Below, piece by piece: positions 62,863 through 64,000 of a DNA stretch of 64,000 nt (position 1 is its first letter; each line of letters starts with the position of its first letter). The stretch comes from Acidimicrobiales bacterium. GTDB taxonomy: Bacteria > Actinomycetota > Acidimicrobiia > Acidimicrobiales > SHLQ01. The translations under genes were made by a program, and so were the position numbers. The stretch is from assembly GCA_020628865.1 (NCBI GenBank), contig JAHDEJ010000001.1, positions 234,395-298,394 of the forward strand, in the 5' to 3' direction. Below the pieces are notes generated by a model. That model worked only from the letters and a program-made list of their open reading frames with translations, was not told where the DNA came from and did not search any database.

Positions 62863-63624
62863 ATGAACGCCGCGTCAGACAACCCTGCCGATGGGGGCCT
62901 GTTTCCGTGCCAGCGGGAGCTGTTGGGCCTCATGGAATCGCTGGTCAACGACATCTTCTGCGCGAAGGATCTTGACGGCCGGTACCTCGAAGCGAACTCC
63001 GCCTTCGTCCGCCGGACCGGCAAGAAGTCGAAGCGGGACGTCATCGGCACCACCGCCCGCGACCACTTCCGGGCGGAGTTGGCAGAACGGTATGAGGAAC
63101 AGGACCGTGAGGTCTACGCAACCGGCGCTCCCATGCACGATCAGTTGGAGATCATCAAGCGCCCGAACGGTCAGCTGGGTTGGTACCTGACCACGAAACT
63201 CCCGGTCAGTGGCGACAATCCCCGGGAACTCGTCGGCCTGGTTTCGGTGAGCCGGGACCTGCACGCCCACTCCGATGAGCACGTGGAACTCGAACGGCTG
63301 CAGGACGTCGTGGACCACGTGAAGGCGAACATGGCGCAACAGATCCGTGTCGGCGAACTCGCGGCGATCGCCGACTGCTCCGAGGCGCAGCTGGAACGTC
63401 GCTTCCGGAAGGTGCTCGGCATCACGGCGACGCAGCACATCCTCCGGGTTCGAGTGGAGGCAGCGGCACGGCTGCTGACGGAAACCGACACGCCGATCGC
63501 CACGATTGCAACCATGTGCGGCTTCTACGATCAGCCGGACTTCACCCGTCGATTCGCCCGGTTGACGAACAGCACACCGGCACAGTTTCGGGCCGCCGGC
63601 GGCACCTTCGGCGTTTCCGCCTGA
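62863..63624 (+). CDS. AraC-family transcriptional regulator with N-terminal PAS-like domain
   Basis: PAS-like segment IFCAKDLDGRYLEANSAFVRRTG...GWYLTTKLPV, and AraC HTH GELAAIADCSEAQLERRFRKV...CGFYDQPDFTRRFAR. Divergent from putA. Confidence 0.8.
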   Translation: MNAASDNPADGGLFPCQRELLGLMESLVNDIFCAKDLDGRYLEANSAFVRRTGKKSKRDVIGTTARDHFRAELAERYEEQDREVYATGAPMHDQLEIIKRPNGQLGWYLTTKLPVSGDNPRELVGLVSVSRDLHAHSDEHVELERLQDVVDHVKANMAQQIRVGELAAIADCSEAQLERRFRKVLGITATQHILRVRVEAAARLLTETDTPIATIATMCGFYDQPDFTRRFARLTNSTPAQFRAAGGTFGVSA

Positions 63625-63628
63625 ACCG

Positions 63629-64000
63629 TCAGGCCGCGAGGAGCATGTCGATCTCGTCTCGCTCCGCGCCGATGTCGCGGAGCGAAATCGCCAGCTGATC
63701 TCGTCGATCACGCGTGGACGCTGCGTTCGCCGTGAACGCCGGCAGGAGCGAAGGCTCGTACGAGAGGATGGCGACGAGACAGCGGTCGTAGGAGGTCGGG
63801 TCCGCCTCGGAGGCGAGCTCGATGAACGCAGAGGCTGCGCCCTCGTCCGCGAATGTCACGGCGGCAACGGCTGCTGCCGACAGACGTTCGTCGATGTCGA
63901 CGGACGCATCCGACCAGCGGGTCTGCAGCGGGCAACGATCGAGGTCGCCGGTCAGGCGAACGAACCGGGAGCAGGCTTCGAGCGTCGGAATGTCTGCCTC
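63629..64000 (-). CDS. Hypothetical protein, 5' end outside window
   Basis: The frame is open from base 64000 through the track ORF (63629..63859, whose M is a GTG) with no stop. No domain recognised. Confidence 0.3.
   Translation of the reverse strand, partial: EADIPTLEACSRFVRLTGDLDRCPLQTRWSDASVDIDERLSAAAVAAVTFADEGAASAFIELASEADPTSYDRCLVAILSYEPSLLPAFTANAASTRDRRDQLAISLRDIGAERDEIDMLLAA

Noticed and set aside
1-64000. Search for tRNA, rRNA, tmRNA, CRISPR arrays, transposase or integrase genes
   Set aside because: No T-loop or anticodon-arm-like tRNA signatures, rRNA-like conserved blocks, repeat-spacer arrays or recombinase motifs were recognised by eye. tRNAscan-SE or Infernal should be run to confirm.

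Overview
High-GC actinobacterial chromosome segment. mshA (mycothiol), an F420-type LLM oxidoreductase and a rex-hemACD arrangement point to a mycothiol-producing actinobacterium; the lineage is an inference. Most of the window is housekeeping: sucCD, pcrA, rex-hemA-hemC-hemD, proC, mshA, an rlmB-like methyltransferase, ispDF, crp, radA and putA. These are interspersed with secreted or envelope proteins: two RTX-repeat proteins, a metzincin with FN3 domains, an S1 protease and a large beta-propeller protein. There are also two tandem ECF sigma / membrane Asp-box modules, a MacB-type ABC pair and a two-component system. No tRNA, rRNA or CRISPR array was recognised. Three accessory loci stand out. 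(1) 42.7-45.7 kb is a compact three-gene operon: an 81-aa Nif11-like-leader peptide with a Cys-free core carrying a duplicated FWM motif, a YcaO, and a long TfuA. It is best read as an undescribed thioamide-type RiPP cluster, and a class III cyclase-STAND-TPR protein sits directly upstream. (2) 0.4-2.0 kb holds an orphan retron-clade reverse transcriptase with a long N-terminal extension, no neighbouring effector gene, and a long-range inverted repeat bracketing its annotated start, which is a candidate msr/msd. (3) 2.9-4.1 kb is an AbiEi/DUF559 endonuclease-like gene flanked on each side by two copies of a ~51-bp palindromic element. Smaller signals include four 13-bp palindromes at exact 26-bp phasing (59.47-59.56 kb), Rex-box-like operators, a tandem 23-bp repeat and several GC-rich hairpin terminators. 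Many long ORFs in the track are antisense shadow ORFs and were rejected.
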